48,808 bases of DNA from Candidatus Thorarchaeota archaeon (lineage in GTDB: Archaea; Asgardarchaeota; Thorarchaeia; Thorarchaeales; Thorarchaeaceae). The position numbers and the translations under genes were made by a program. Below the pieces are notes generated by a model. That model searched no databases and was not told the origin of the DNA. It was given only the letters and a program-made list of their open reading frames with translations. The DNA is taken from the NCBI GenBank assembly GCA_048882385.1, contig JBHLRQ010000014.1:1-48808 (forward strand). The letters run 5' to 3'. Every line of letters starts with the position of its first letter. Position 1 is the first letter of the stretch. Positions 1 to 10,371 of this stretch are shown here, piece after piece.

Positions 1-552
1 GATGGTCTGAAATCGTACCTCAGTTTGTTTGATGATGTAGAAGATGAAGTGAATTTTAAATCACAGCTTCTCTATTTTATTGGAATAGGACTTGAAGCTC
101 AGGTTACTCTTCAGTACTTGTCCTATAGGACAGCACTCTATGCATTACCTGAGTTGATGCCTGATTCTGATTTGACAGACTTCGTAAATGCGGGTGAAGA
201 TGCTCTCGAAGCATTTGATACGCTGGATGATAACTCTACACTCGTGTTTCCCGGAAATCTAACTCATGCGACTGGGTTCGTAGCAACTACATTCAAAGGG
301 ATTGCTGATGCGTACAACTCTTCTGGTGACATTGATACTTCGCTTGCTGCCCATGAGAGTGATCTTGAAACAATAACTAGCAGTCTTCTCATAATAGCAG
401 ACTCATGGCAAGCTGCTGGAATGGCTCTTGATGCCATATGGCCAAGTGGATGGATTCAAACATATGGTCCCATTCTTGCATTTGCAGGGGCTGGTGTAGG
501 AGTATTGGTCCTTCTTACATTTCGATGGATTAGGAAGAAACCATCACAGTAA
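1..552 (+). CDS. C-terminal part of a membrane-anchored exported protein (5'-truncated by the window)
   Basis: Frame is open from base 1 (DGLKSYLSLFDD...). It ends in a hydrophobic TM segment (ILAFAGAGVGVLVLLTF) followed by a basic tail (RWIRKK). Confidence 0.7.
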   Translation, partial: DGLKSYLSLFDDVEDEVNFKSQLLYFIGIGLEAQVTLQYLSYRTALYALPELMPDSDLTDFVNAGEDALEAFDTLDDNSTLVFPGNLTHATGFVATTFKGIADAYNSSGDIDTSLAAHESDLETITSSLLIIADSWQAAGMALDAIWPSGWIQTYGPILAFAGAGVGVLVLLTFRWIRKKPSQ

Positions 553-553
553 A

Positions 554-2659
554 CTAAGCAGACTCGATTCCTAAAAGGTCCAACAGTTTATGGACATCAT
601 TAGTGGGTAATTTACAGTTGTAATCCACACAAACATGAGCTGTAGCCTTTCCGTTAACAACATCATTATACTTGGTATATGGTGCAAGTTTGGAGATTTC
701 GTCTGATTGTTGTTTTGTTCCTTTCAAGATGATGACCCGGTTTGGAATGAAATGTCCATGGACTGCTTCTATCATTTCTTTTGTATCAGGATTCTCTGGG
801 TTTCCTGCTATCACAATCTCGAATGACTTTCCAAGTGTGAATTCCAACGCAAGCAGCATCATTGAGAAACCAGAATAAGCACGTTGAATAAAACCTGAAA
901 ATGCTCGAATGGTTTCCGCTGCTTTTTCTTCGAGATTTGTATCCCCTAGAAATCTTGCAAGACGAACGAGATTCAATGCAGCAACTGAGTTCCCAGAGGG
1001 CATAGCCCCATCATAGGCATCTTTCTTCCTCTTTAGTAGTTCTTCGGAGTATACGCCAGTGAAAAATAATCCTCTTTCTTCATCATCCCAAAAGTGTTCT
1101 AGCATGTCAAACGTGAGGTCTCTTGCGAGTTCAAGATATTTGGTTTTGAATGTGACCTCATAGACCTCTATCAACGCCCAAACAAGATAAGCGTAGTCAT
1201 CAAGAAAAGCTCGGATGGCTACCTCTCCATCTTTGTATCTATGGAAGAGTCGCCGTTCTTCATCAATCATTGTATTGATAATGAATTCAACAGCGTTCTC
1301 TGCCGCTGCAATGAATTTTTCATCATCAAGAATTGCTCCAGCTTTTGCTAAAGCCGCAATCATGAAACCATTCCAATCCGTCAAAATCTTGTCGTCCAGA
1401 CTGGGTCTCTCTCTTGTTTCCCTATGAACGAACAGCTTCGTCTTTGCATTATCTACTAGGCGTTTCATTTCCTCTCTACTCATTGTTGGAACTGAGATTC
1501 TATCCAAGGACTCTTTGAGATATGGAATATTGAAACCAGTCTTTTTGCGTGATGCTTCATCTTCAAAATTGCCTTCCTCTTGAATATTGAAGACCTGTAG
1601 GAAAATAGAAGCTTCTTCTTCAGTGAGAACATCCTCTATTTCACTCTGAGACCAAATGTAGAACTTCCCCTCCTCACCCTCAGAGTCTGCATCTTCTGCA
1701 GAATAGAATGCTCCCTCTGGGCTCCTCAGGTCTCTAAAGACATACTCGAATATCTCTCGAACAGCTTCTGCGTACTCATTTTTCTTAGTTATCAGATAGG
1801 TTTCGGTATACGCTATCATAAGACCAGCTTGGTCGTAGAGCATCTTTTCAAAATGGGGAAGAAGCCAATTTGCATCAGTTGAGTATCTATGAAATCCAAA
1901 TCCAATGTGATCGAATATTCCTCCGTTTCTCATCGCTTGAAGCGTCTTCTCAACCATATGGAGCGCCCAATCATCTCCTGTACGTTTCCAATAGCGAAGC
2001 ATCAGCATCAAATTGTGAGGTGATGGAAATTTAGGAGCCGTTCCAAATCCTCCCCTCTTTTCATCAAATCGTTGAGAGAATTGTGAAAATGCAAGATCGA
2101 CGACATCAAGTGTCAAATCATTCTGGCTACCAAAAGACCTAGGCTCTGTGAGTGTATCCTTTATACGTTGAACTGTTTCATCGATGTTCGTCTTGTCATT
2201 TTCCCATATTTCTTTGATTCGAGGAATGAGATCCTTCATTCCCATCCTCCCATAGCGACTCTCCCTTGGAATATACGTCGCTGCATAAAATGGATTCTTT
2301 TCGGGAGTCATGAGGATGGTAAGTGGCCAACCTCCTTGACCGGTTATCATCTGAGCAACCTCCATATACACTCCATCAATATCTGGACGTTCCTCCCTGT
2401 CAACCTTGATACTGATGAACGCATCATTCATCAACGCTGCAATTTCCTCATCCTCGAACGATTCGTGTGCCATAACATGGCACCAGTGACATGTACTATA
2501 TCCTATGCTTAGGAAGACAGGTTTATCCTCTTTCTTCGCTTTCTCGAATGCCTCCTCTCCCCATGGGAACCAATCTACTGGATTGTCTTCGTGCTGGAGA
2601 AGGTATGGACTCTTCTCTTTCGATAATCTGTTTTTCTTCGAATTGTTTGTACCAGTCAC
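554..2659 (-). CDS. Thioredoxin-domain protein, YyaL/SPATA20 family
   Basis: Motifs [14 protein letters not shown], [47 protein letters not shown]. Confidence 0.93.
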   Translation of the reverse strand: MTGTNNSKKNRLSKEKSPYLLQHEDNPVDWFPWGEEAFEKAKKEDKPVFLSIGYSTCHWCHVMAHESFEDEEIAALMNDAFISIKVDREERPDIDGVYMEVAQMITGQGGWPLTILMTPEKNPFYAATYIPRESRYGRMGMKDLIPRIKEIWENDKTNIDETVQRIKDTLTEPRSFGSQNDLTLDVVDLAFSQFSQRFDEKRGGFGTAPKFPSPHNLMLMLRYWKRTGDDWALHMVEKTLQAMRNGGIFDHIGFGFHRYSTDANWLLPHFEKMLYDQAGLMIAYTETYLITKKNEYAEAVREIFEYVFRDLRSPEGAFYSAEDADSEGEEGKFYIWSQSEIEDVLTEEEASIFLQVFNIQEEGNFEDEASRKKTGFNIPYLKESLDRISVPTMSREEMKRLVDNAKTKLFVHRETRERPSLDDKILTDWNGFMIAALAKAGAILDDEKFIAAAENAVEFIINTMIDEERRLFHRYKDGEVAIRAFLDDYAYLVWALIEVYEVTFKTKYLELARDLTFDMLEHFWDDEERGLFFTGVYSEELLKRKKDAYDGAMPSGNSVAALNLVRLARFLGDTNLEEKAAETIRAFSGFIQRAYSGFSMMLLALEFTLGKSFEIVIAGNPENPDTKEMIEAVHGHFIPNRVIILKGTKQQSDEISKLAPYTKYNDVVNGKATAHVCVDYNCKLPTNDVHKLLDLLGIESA

Positions 2660-2676
2660 TATGACCCCTCATTGAT

Positions 2677-3249
2677 GTGATGAAGAAAAGAATTTTAACT
2701 ATTGTTATCGGACTGTTTTTGGAGAGGCTTAATTTGGTGCAGATTGTCGAGTTCAACCGAGATGTTCACGAATCCGATCTGTACCGATTGAATGTGGAGT
2801 ATGTGACATGGGTTGCTGATATATTTCGGACTGCATTGAATCTAGATTTTGGCAAGGTTCTTGGAGATACGATTCAGGGATATGTATCTAGTTTCCTCAA
2901 AGACTTCGTGAAAATCAAACCTCCCTCTGGAATTATCCTCTTAGTTGAGGACCAAGGAAAGATGATAGGAATGGGGGCTGTACACGAATTTGTCCATGGA
3001 GTTGGAGAAATCACACGAATGTTTCTCCAATCACCATATCGAGGCAGAGGATTAGGCACCGACATATTAAACCGGCTTATCTCAAAGGGGAGGGAATTCG
3101 GTTTCAAGAAGCTTCGACTTGACACTTCAGAGCATTTTCCCTATGCTATTCAGCTATACCAGTCTGCTGGTTTCATTGAGGTGCCGCTGGATAACTTAGG
3201 TGAAGCACAACCAGAAACACAGCACACCCAAATGGAGCTTCTGCTATAG
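2677..3249 (+). CDS. GNAT-family N-acetyltransferase (true start probably ~2734)
   Basis: Motif A (YRGRGLGT) and motif B (LRLDT...AIQLYQSAGF). Confidence 0.85.
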   Translation: MMKKRILTIVIGLFLERLNLVQIVEFNRDVHESDLYRLNVEYVTWVADIFRTALNLDFGKVLGDTIQGYVSSFLKDFVKIKPPSGIILLVEDQGKMIGMGAVHEFVHGVGEITRMFLQSPYRGRGLGTDILNRLISKGREFGFKKLRLDTSEHFPYAIQLYQSAGFIEVPLDNLGEAQPETQHTQMELLL

Positions 3250-3843
3250 AACAAAGCTACTTTCTTCTTTGGAAAACCCAAGCTCTGCAAAGACCCTCGA
3301 AACCCTCTCAAGATGATGTCCTGTCGGTTCGAATCCGTGGAGATACGAGTCAAGGCAATCGACATCTTTGAGCAGTTCAGCATATTGGTCTTTGAAGACT
3401 TTCTCTTTTTCAGAGTGGCCTTCTATCGCCTTGACGATCTGCTTGACCTCTTCTTTGGTAATTACACCTAACTGATCTCCCCATACCTCATTGTATTCGT
3501 TGACAATTTCGTGTATGTATGACTTAGCCAGCTTTCCATGATCCTCCCACTTACCAGAATGGTACGAATAGACATCATGGAAAGCTGCAATCATTGCGGC
3601 AAGCTCGATATCACATCCTCGTTTTATTGCAAGCAGTTTCGCAAGTTGAGTCGTTGTATGCATGTGCAGGACACTCCAGGAGATTGGAATCCTGGATTCT
3701 CTCTCTTTATCATACATGATAGTTTCCATTCTGATCTGAAGAATCAGGAGTATCTGATTCAATCTCCAGACTGGAAGTCCTGCTTCAGGCTCACCACCGC
3801 TCATTTGTAGCATCATAATCCCTCGGTTATTACGGACATTCAT
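3244..3843 (-). CDS. HD-domain metal-dependent phosphohydrolase
   Basis: H...LAKLLAIKRG.D.ELA...AFHDV, later H and LKDVDCLD. Confidence 0.8.
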   Translation of the reverse strand: MNVRNNRGIMMLQMSGGEPEAGLPVWRLNQILLILQIRMETIMYDKERESRIPISWSVLHMHTTTQLAKLLAIKRGCDIELAAMIAAFHDVYSYHSGKWEDHGKLAKSYIHEIVNEYNEVWGDQLGVITKEEVKQIVKAIEGHSEKEKVFKDQYAELLKDVDCLDSYLHGFEPTGHHLERVSRVFAELGFSKEESSFVL

Positions 3844-3879
3844 GCTTGGAAGTTACGGTAAATAAGCGTTCCAACAGAG

Positions 3880-4095
3880 TTGCTTATGGTCAAATCGTGG
3901 ATAGTTGAATGCATTGGCGATCAAGAATCTTATCTTGTGCGAACACATGGTGAGAAATGGAGAGAATACCAAAGAATAGTTGGTTTCCTCATACCCTTTG
4001 TTCGATTCAAATCCATTGCACTTGAGGGAGTATTCTCAATCATTATCCCCATCATTATTCTGCATTTGCTGTTGAGGCTACCTATTATTCTCTAG
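3880..4095 (+). pseudogene. Short remnant resembling the C-terminus of an isoprenylcysteine carboxyl methyltransferase/PEMT-family membrane protein
   Basis: QESYLVRTHGEKWREYQRIVGFLIPF resembles the family end motif EExxLxxxxGxxYxxYxxxVxxxIP. The N-terminal TM part is absent. Confidence 0.45.
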
Positions 4096-5012
4096 GTGGC
4101 TTTCAATTTGCCATTCTCTTCAACGATTAGTCCTCTCTCTATCAGAGACGCAACATGATGTTCAATCATCCATGTTTCAAATTGCAAGAAAACCGGGGAA
4201 GGTATGGATGGATAGATGATAGGATTTGCAGTTATTTCTGGTATTGATTTTGCACCTTCAATGATTGCTGACAATACTAACTCCTCTCGCATACCAATTT
4301 GTCGTGAATATGCAGATAGCCTATCCTTGTAATTGGAAATAAGTGGGTCCTTCAAATGTCCACTGATGAGACCCTCATATTTACCATGTTGGACTTTTCT
4401 AATGGATGTCTTGAAGTCATCTATTGACGAATTTGGATGGCCATAAAACGGACCAAACTCTGTTAAATCCAAATCGGATCCGAAAATGATGTTTGGTTCA
4501 ACAATTTCTATGCACATGTGGTCTGGGAGATGACCTGGTGTATAGAGTGTTTTCAGAGTTATTTCACCTAGTCCAAATGTGTCCCCATTCTTGAGTTCCT
4601 CATCAACTCGTCCCTCATCCAACGCTCCATACATTTTTTCATTGACAAGTTGTTCCCAATTCTTTCTCACTGGATTTCCTTTATGAAAACCTAGAAATTT
4701 CTTCATCTCTTCCTTTTCATTGAACAGGGGTGCTGTAATCTCGTTTGCAGCAATTCTACAACCAGCCAACCTGTTCAATCTCATTGTATGAGTGATATGA
4801 TCTGGATGAATATGAGTCAAAATAACAGTATCAATTCTCCTAAGCTCAAGGTCCTGAGTCATTAAGAATCCACGAAGATCTTCAATTGAACAACCTGGAT
4901 CAATGACTACGATCTCATCGGCAATCACTACCAACGAATTACATCTTGGGAATGATCCGCCGATTACAACATAAACACACTCTGCAATTTTGGAAAAGGT
5001 CATGATTCTCAA
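4092..5012 (-). CDS. Metallo-beta-lactamase-fold hydrolase with C-terminal winged-helix-like extension
   Basis: IDPG, THIHPDH, TPGH, SD and SGH motifs. Confidence 0.88.
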   Translation of the reverse strand: MRIMTFSKIAECVYVVIGGSFPRCNSLVVIADEIVVIDPGCSIEDLRGFLMTQDLELRRIDTVILTHIHPDHITHTMRLNRLAGCRIAANEITAPLFNEKEEMKKFLGFHKGNPVRKNWEQLVNEKMYGALDEGRVDEELKNGDTFGLGEITLKTLYTPGHLPDHMCIEIVEPNIIFGSDLDLTEFGPFYGHPNSSIDDFKTSIRKVQHGKYEGLISGHLKDPLISNYKDRLSAYSRQIGMREELVLSAIIEGAKSIPEITANPIIYPSIPSPVFLQFETWMIEHHVASLIERGLIVEENGKLKAT

Positions 5013-5081
5013 CCTTATCCCAGAAAACGAAGCGGCTAGATAGTCCGAGTATAGGACTATCAGCCATTATCCTTCAATAAC

Positions 5082-5471
5082 CTACATTTCAGTAGGTTTG
5101 ACTTTCATCTCTGCCTCAGCGCGTTTAATGTTACGCCAGGTACCGAGAGCACTATACATTGGTACAAATGTAAATACCAGTACCAGAAACATAAGCAGCA
5201 TCACATTTACAACATCAACTCTCTGAGGACCAATTTCAGTTCCAAGCGCATCCATCCACTGTCCAGTCATGACCAAAAGGCTTGCAGGGATCATGAGGAT
5301 GAACAAAGTAAAGAAGACAAAGAAAGCTCTCCTTGGAGATGCTTGAATGAATCTAGCGAAGGCTCCTAGTTGCGGATGTTTTTGCCAGCGAGAACCTTCA
5401 TGGACCGTCCAGAAGATGAAGAATATTATGAGTAGAAACACCAATGGAATTAGGAATATCTGTAGCCACAT
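5082..5471 (-). CDS. Small membrane protein of unknown function (about 3 TM)
   Basis: 129 aa with three hydrophobic segments; fits the gap without overlap. Confidence 0.65.
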   Translation of the reverse strand: MWLQIFLIPLVFLLIIFFIFWTVHEGSRWQKHPQLGAFARFIQASPRRAFFVFFTLFILMIPASLLVMTGQWMDALGTEIGPQRVDVVNVMLLMFLVLVFTFVPMYSALGTWRNIKRAEAEMKVKPTEM

Positions 5472-5572
5472 CGCAGTAGGACTCCCTATGCGTATGTTCC
5501 CCTTCCCGTCAGGTTGTACCTATAAAAGCTGTGGTCAATGTACATTCTCATGCTGATTGTCACACTAGGTTC

Positions 5573-6517
5573 TTACTCTTTCATACTCTCTTCGGTTGCA
5601 GTGACAATGTTGTGAATGTAGAGATTGACAAAGAATTCAATACTTCTCGGTGACATATTTCTGGTAAGATTATTACAACCTGGACACCTGCAGTCTTGGA
5701 AGTTTGCTAATCTTACTGGTTCGGGTTTTAATCCCACAAGATACATCCTTCGAGCTGTCAGATAGGTCAGTGCAGATGTGTCTACGCTATCAACTTTCAC
5801 GTCTTTCATATAGTACGAAAGTAGTGACACTCTAGGAAGACCAAAGATATGCAACCACTCATTCAATGTTGCGTCACGAACATAGTTCAGATGTTTGTGC
5901 AAGAGTTCCTTATCATGATGATATAACGGAATCACCCCCCCAACAGCGAAATATCCAATCCCATTACTCCTGTAGAAATCAAGTAGGTCATCAATGGTTT
6001 CTGGTTGGTTCCCTTGAATAACAGCTATAATTTGAGTTGAGGGGACTACATCAAGAAGGTCTAGCAGATTTTGCTTGATAGTTTCAATCTTTTTGCTTGC
6101 AACTTCTGTATTATCTAATGGCAGGATTATCTCATCAGGTGCCACAAAGAAATCAGCTCCTGCAATTTCATAAGCTTCGAAGATCTGTGCATTGGTCAAT
6201 TCAATGTCGATATCAATTCCAAGATCCTGAGATATTCCTGCTTTTTTGGCCTCTATCTCGAACACACCCGTATCAATGACAAGTGAGTTCGTTTTTGGAA
6301 AACCAAGATCTACAAGTGCCTCTTTCAATGTCATACCAGAGTTTACAACTGTGTCTATCCAAAAATCATGAGAACGATACACATCATATGCTGTAAACAG
6401 TACTGAGTCAGTATATGTCCAATTAATCAATGGTTCTTCTCGGAATAGACCCACAGAGCAAAAATGGAATTTAGGGATGAGTCTTGATAGATTTTGAGAA
6501 TTCCCTCTTACCCTCAA
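5573..6517 (-). CDS. Divergent tRNA-guanine transglycosylase (TGT/ArcTGT/DpdA superfamily), catalytic domain only
   Basis: IDTGVF (cf. DSG), APD, AVIQG, AVGGVIP, LHIFG, DSVDTS, and Zn site CRCPGC...HN. Confidence 0.8.
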   Translation of the reverse strand: MRVRGNSQNLSRLIPKFHFCSVGLFREEPLINWTYTDSVLFTAYDVYRSHDFWIDTVVNSGMTLKEALVDLGFPKTNSLVIDTGVFEIEAKKAGISQDLGIDIDIELTNAQIFEAYEIAGADFFVAPDEIILPLDNTEVASKKIETIKQNLLDLLDVVPSTQIIAVIQGNQPETIDDLLDFYRSNGIGYFAVGGVIPLYHHDKELLHKHLNYVRDATLNEWLHIFGLPRVSLLSYYMKDVKVDSVDTSALTYLTARRMYLVGLKPEPVRLANFQDCRCPGCNNLTRNMSPRSIEFFVNLYIHNIVTATEESMKE

Positions 6518-6596
6518 TCACTAATGCCTCCATGCATCCGATAACTACCTTAAATCCTCGTAATCTTATTTCAGATAGATGGTATATAAACTGGTT

Positions 6597-8267
6597 TCAG
6601 CGTGCTTTGAATCGGAACTGTTTCTCATATATCTCTCGCAATTCATTCAATGTCATTACATCCATTGGTCCCTTATCTTCTCGAATTCTACTTATTCGCG
6701 CAAAGCGCAATGCTAGTCCTGAATTGTAGGTAGGACTTTCCTGAATTTCTGCAGAAACCACTTCTACTACAATTTCTGGTTTGACATGAACAACATTTCT
6801 GCTAGAAGATATTTCTAATTTCTGAAGGTCTATGGTCATTTTTTCAAATTCTTTATCAGTAAGCCCTTTGTAGGTCTTTCCAATCATTACGAACTCATCA
6901 GTATCTTCATCTCTTACAGCAAGGTGGTAGTCTGATAACCACTTACTCCTTCGACCATGTCCCCACTCTGCCGCAATAATTACCAAGTCCATAGTGTCAA
7001 GTGTATGTTTTATCTTCAACCAGAGCTTACCTCTTGTACCTGGAGTATATTGTGAGTCGACTGTTTTAGCCACTAATCCCTCATGTCCCAACTCCTGACT
7101 CTTTCGAAAATATTCTTCGACAATCTTGACATCTTTAGTAACGATTCTTTCTATAATTAATTCGAGCGGAACAGTGGTTTCCAATAACTTCCTTCGTCTG
7201 GAATATTCTTCATCAACCAGAGGAACATCGTCAAGAAGAAGGATATCAAAAAGGATGAGTTTCAACTTTGTATCTCTGTAGGCTGTATCAATATCCCTTG
7301 ACCTACCAAAACGGGTCATAACAACTTGAAATGGATATGGCTTTCCTGACCTGTCAACAGCAAGGACTTCTCCATCAAAGATTGCGTTTCTTGAATGAAT
7401 CTTCTCTTTCACGATTTTGACTATATCAGGAAGACTCTCTGTGACATTCAATAGTCTTCTAGAGAATATCCTGACTTTCTCTCCATCTTTATGTATTTGG
7501 ACTCGGGCACCATCGAGCTTCATTTCAAATGATAAATCTGGGTTAGTTTCGAATACGGATTCAACACTATCTGTGGGACTAGCGAGCATTGGTTTAATGG
7601 CACGCATGACCTCAACTCTGACCTCTTTCAATGATTTTGATCCGCTCTCAGAAGCAAGTTTTGCAACAAGGCCCAAATCTCCACAAAAACTCCATGCTCT
7701 TCTGACTAAGTCTGAGTCGATTTTGAAGGCAAATGCTATACTCTCTGCAAGAAGTCCTTCCGAGAGTCCAGTACGCATGTCGCCTAGAAACAGTGCAGTT
7801 AGGTACTTGGCTTCTCTTGGAGTTGATTCAACATATAGACTTGTCAACAAAGATTGTCTTTCTCTCATTGATCCCTTCCCTTTCACTTCTGCAATTTTTA
7901 ATGCAACTTCTTCAACTGTTTTGATTGTTAGTGGTTCAGAAAAGAGAGAGGTTTGTCTTGTATGTTCAAACTCATTCATCAGTTTTGCAACAGCCTCTCC
8001 GACATCTCCTTCGTATACTTTTGATATGCTATCGTGTTTTAACTCGAATACTGACCGTAATGCATCTATAAGTCCTCTCCACGAAATATTCAGTACTCGC
8101 TGGTCACTCTCCGCAAATATCCTTCCACTCAAGAAGAGTGCCGCCTGACTTATCTCATCAGTATCTAATTTTCGTAGAAATTCACCTGCCAACTCCATCT
8201 TCTCTTTACGTTTCGTTGTAGCAGCCACCCTATCTAGAACTTCTGCAAGAACTGCGAAGGAAGTCAT
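6597..8267 (-). CDS. lig: ATP-dependent DNA ligase
   Basis: KPMLA, EMKLDGARVQIH (motif I), FDGE, FDIL, EGLVAK, WLKIK, LRFARI. Confidence 0.96.
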   Translation of the reverse strand: MTSFAVLAEVLDRVAATTKRKEKMELAGEFLRKLDTDEISQAALFLSGRIFAESDQRVLNISWRGLIDALRSVFELKHDSISKVYEGDVGEAVAKLMNEFEHTRQTSLFSEPLTIKTVEEVALKIAEVKGKGSMRERQSLLTSLYVESTPREAKYLTALFLGDMRTGLSEGLLAESIAFAFKIDSDLVRRAWSFCGDLGLVAKLASESGSKSLKEVRVEVMRAIKPMLASPTDSVESVFETNPDLSFEMKLDGARVQIHKDGEKVRIFSRRLLNVTESLPDIVKIVKEKIHSRNAIFDGEVLAVDRSGKPYPFQVVMTRFGRSRDIDTAYRDTKLKLILFDILLLDDVPLVDEEYSRRRKLLETTVPLELIIERIVTKDVKIVEEYFRKSQELGHEGLVAKTVDSQYTPGTRGKLWLKIKHTLDTMDLVIIAAEWGHGRRSKWLSDYHLAVRDEDTDEFVMIGKTYKGLTDKEFEKMTIDLQKLEISSSRNVVHVKPEIVVEVVSAEIQESPTYNSGLALRFARISRIREDKGPMDVMTLNELREIYEKQFRFKAR

Positions 8268-8344
8268 GAGATAAACCTCAATGATAATTACATGGATGGT
8301 TACATCTATATCTAATTACGCAAGGCAAATAGTGGTCGAGTCAA

Positions 8345-8926
8345 ATGGGTAGTATCTGGTTTAGCAAGAAAGCCTTCTTATATTTTGGCGGAGCTGCAGT
8401 CATCATTTTGGGTGGTATGATTGTGTTGATATCACCCTACCACTATGTGAATTTCTCAATGTTGGAAAATCAACAACGAGGCTTTGCGATTTGGGATAGA
8501 CAAGGATACTACGAACAGCTCGAGGTTTCTGTATCAACCAGAACGGGCAATATGTCAACTATCGAGTTAGGAATTTTGCTTGTAGAAAATAGCACACTTG
8601 AAACATATATTGTAAATTTCACTTTGACTCAAGATGATTTGATTGAAACTCCTGATGCATCATTTTATGAAAGTAGTCAAGTAATCGACATATCCAGTGG
8701 GAATTATACCGTTATTCTCGATCGAACATACGGAACTACAATGGTTGACTTAGGTCTTAATCAATTGAGTGACTCTAGGACATACATCATAATCGGAGGA
8801 TCAATGAATATCATTGGTCTTATCATGGGTATTGCTGGATACCTTGTTCCAGGTACATTTCTCCCAACTGATAGCGATACAATTGTAGATTGGGGATATG
8901 ACGAGGAGAAAGACGAGTTGCAGTAG
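8345..8926 (+). CDS. Membrane protein with N- and C-terminal TM helices flanking an extracellular beta-rich domain
   Basis: Hydrophobic ends; several N-x-S/T sequons in the middle. Confidence 0.65.
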   Translation: MGSIWFSKKAFLYFGGAAVIILGGMIVLISPYHYVNFSMLENQQRGFAIWDRQGYYEQLEVSVSTRTGNMSTIELGILLVENSTLETYIVNFTLTQDDLIETPDASFYESSQVIDISSGNYTVILDRTYGTTMVDLGLNQLSDSRTYIIIGGSMNIIGLIMGIAGYLVPGTFLPTDSDTIVDWGYDEEKDELQ

Positions 8927-9027
8927 CCTCATAGAGTTTTCTTAATCTGAGTCAGTGTTACGCTAGAATAGCCTGCGTAGTACACACCCTATTCTATGTC
9001 TTAGTTCCAGTTATTTTGTTGAGGACA

Positions 9028-9261
9028 ATGGAAAACGATGAAATGAAATGGCTCCTAAAGGGCAAAGTAGTGACTGACTTCAGAGGATTCCCGGTTGGTC
9101 GGGTCAAGAAAGTTTGGTTTGATGAGACCAATGGTCCCTTAGTCATAGTTGAGAGAGGTAACGATCTAGAAACTAACAACTCGTGGGAGGCAATTCCTCT
9201 CAGATCGGTAGATTCTGTAGCAGAGCATGTGCGATTAAAGCCACCTGCTTTTGCGGAGTGA
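9028..9261 (+). CDS. PRC-barrel domain protein
   Basis: LKGKVVTDFRGFPVGRVKKVWFD...AIPLRSVDSVAEHVRL matches the PRC-barrel pattern; GAGGA precedes ATG 9028. Confidence 0.8.
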   Translation: MENDEMKWLLKGKVVTDFRGFPVGRVKKVWFDETNGPLVIVERGNDLETNNSWEAIPLRSVDSVAEHVRLKPPAFAE

Positions 9262-9607
9262 TATCATTCTGGAGTTTGATAGTATGATGCAAAAACATCA
9301 AATGGATACACATTCTCAAATAGGCACTTTCTCACCAGAATCATTGAAAGTTAATGTTTTCACGAGTTCAAACTGCGCATTTTGTCATGAAGCACTGGAT
9401 GCAGCTCATGAAGTTGCAGAAAAGTTCAAGCATCTGCAGTTACCAGTTGAGGTTATCGAAACATCAGTTGAAGAACGCCCTGAGATTATTGAACATTTCA
9501 ATGCAATCGCTCTACCGATGATTGTTGTTGGTAACTCAAGGATTATCGGACTACCTCGAAATGAGGATATTGAAAACTTGATTCACCAAATTATGCTATC
9601 ATGTTAA
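9251..9607 (+). CDS. Thioredoxin-like protein (CxxC), KaiB-like C-terminal half
   Basis: VFTSSNCAFC, then VEERPEIIEHFNAIALPMIVV...RIIG. Confidence 0.75.
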   Translation: MRSDIILEFDSMMQKHQMDTHSQIGTFSPESLKVNVFTSSNCAFCHEALDAAHEVAEKFKHLQLPVEVIETSVEERPEIIEHFNAIALPMIVVGNSRIIGLPRNEDIENLIHQIMLSC

Positions 9608-9615
9608 AATTAGAA

Positions 9616-10371
9616 TCAGAAATAATCGACTCCAAGGATCAACCAAGCATTTTCTTTTGTTATCAACCTTGATGTTTCGATATTCAGGTCAATCATGTTG
9701 AGTGCATGCATCATATCTGGGTATTCACTGTGATATCCTGAGCCAAAGACAAGTTGTCTGACACCGATATCCTGAAGAAGTGCATCTAGGAAAACACGAA
9801 GTGGCGATTCTACCAGTTTTATAAAAGTCAAAGAAAGTTCTAGCCAAATATTGCCTTTGGACATCAATGGAATAATTTGAGGGAATCCGAAGAGGCCACC
9901 CATACTGAGTATAACGAATTTTCCCTCCGAATACAAGGTTGACATCCGATCAAGAAATGTGATTGTTTCGCTTGTCATGATTTCATTGTGAAGATAAACT
10001 GGAAGATTGTGCTTAACAGCTACCTGAACTAGTGCTTCCACTGATGGATCGCTTGGGTGATATGTTACTTCATCAAGGACAAGAGCTTTGCAGCCCTCAT
10101 TTAAAAATTCAGTCAGTTTTTGTTTCGCAACATCTATGGGTCTTGGTATTATCGAACAAGCGGAGAATAAACGATCTGGGTAGATCTCAGTTGCTCTTAG
10201 ATAAAGTTCAGTACTAATCATAGGTTCATGTGGAGTTAGAACTGCTTTGTCAATTCCAAAGGTATCCATTCTGGAAATTAGAATATCCACATGTTCCTCC
10301 AGATTTTCAAATGATACATCTAACACCTCTGTACGACCCATCCCAAGGTGTGTATGTATGTCAGTGGTCAT
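9616..10371 (-). CDS. Amidohydrolase_2-family protein with degenerate active site
   Basis: DIHTH, MDTFGIDKAVL, LPVYLH, LVFGSGY, ENA. Confidence 0.8.
   Translation of the reverse strand: MTTDIHTHLGMGRTEVLDVSFENLEEHVDILISRMDTFGIDKAVLTPHEPMISTELYLRATEIYPDRLFSACSIIPRPIDVAKQKLTEFLNEGCKALVLDEVTYHPSDPSVEALVQVAVKHNLPVYLHNEIMTSETITFLDRMSTLYSEGKFVILSMGGLFGFPQIIPLMSKGNIWLELSLTFIKLVESPLRVFLDALLQDIGVRQLVFGSGYHSEYPDMMHALNMIDLNIETSRLITKENAWLILGVDYF

Noticed and set aside
7417-8148. 243-aa plus-strand ORF and the many other antisense ORFs (e.g. 18399-18839, 29423-29884, 31090-31596, 35975-36346)
   Set aside because: They lie opposite well-supported genes, are S/F/I-rich shadow translations and show no motifs.
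5573-8267. Dpd DNA-modification/defence island
   Set aside because: No dpdB-K, preQ0 synthesis, nuclease or mobility genes are nearby; only a lone TGT-like gene.
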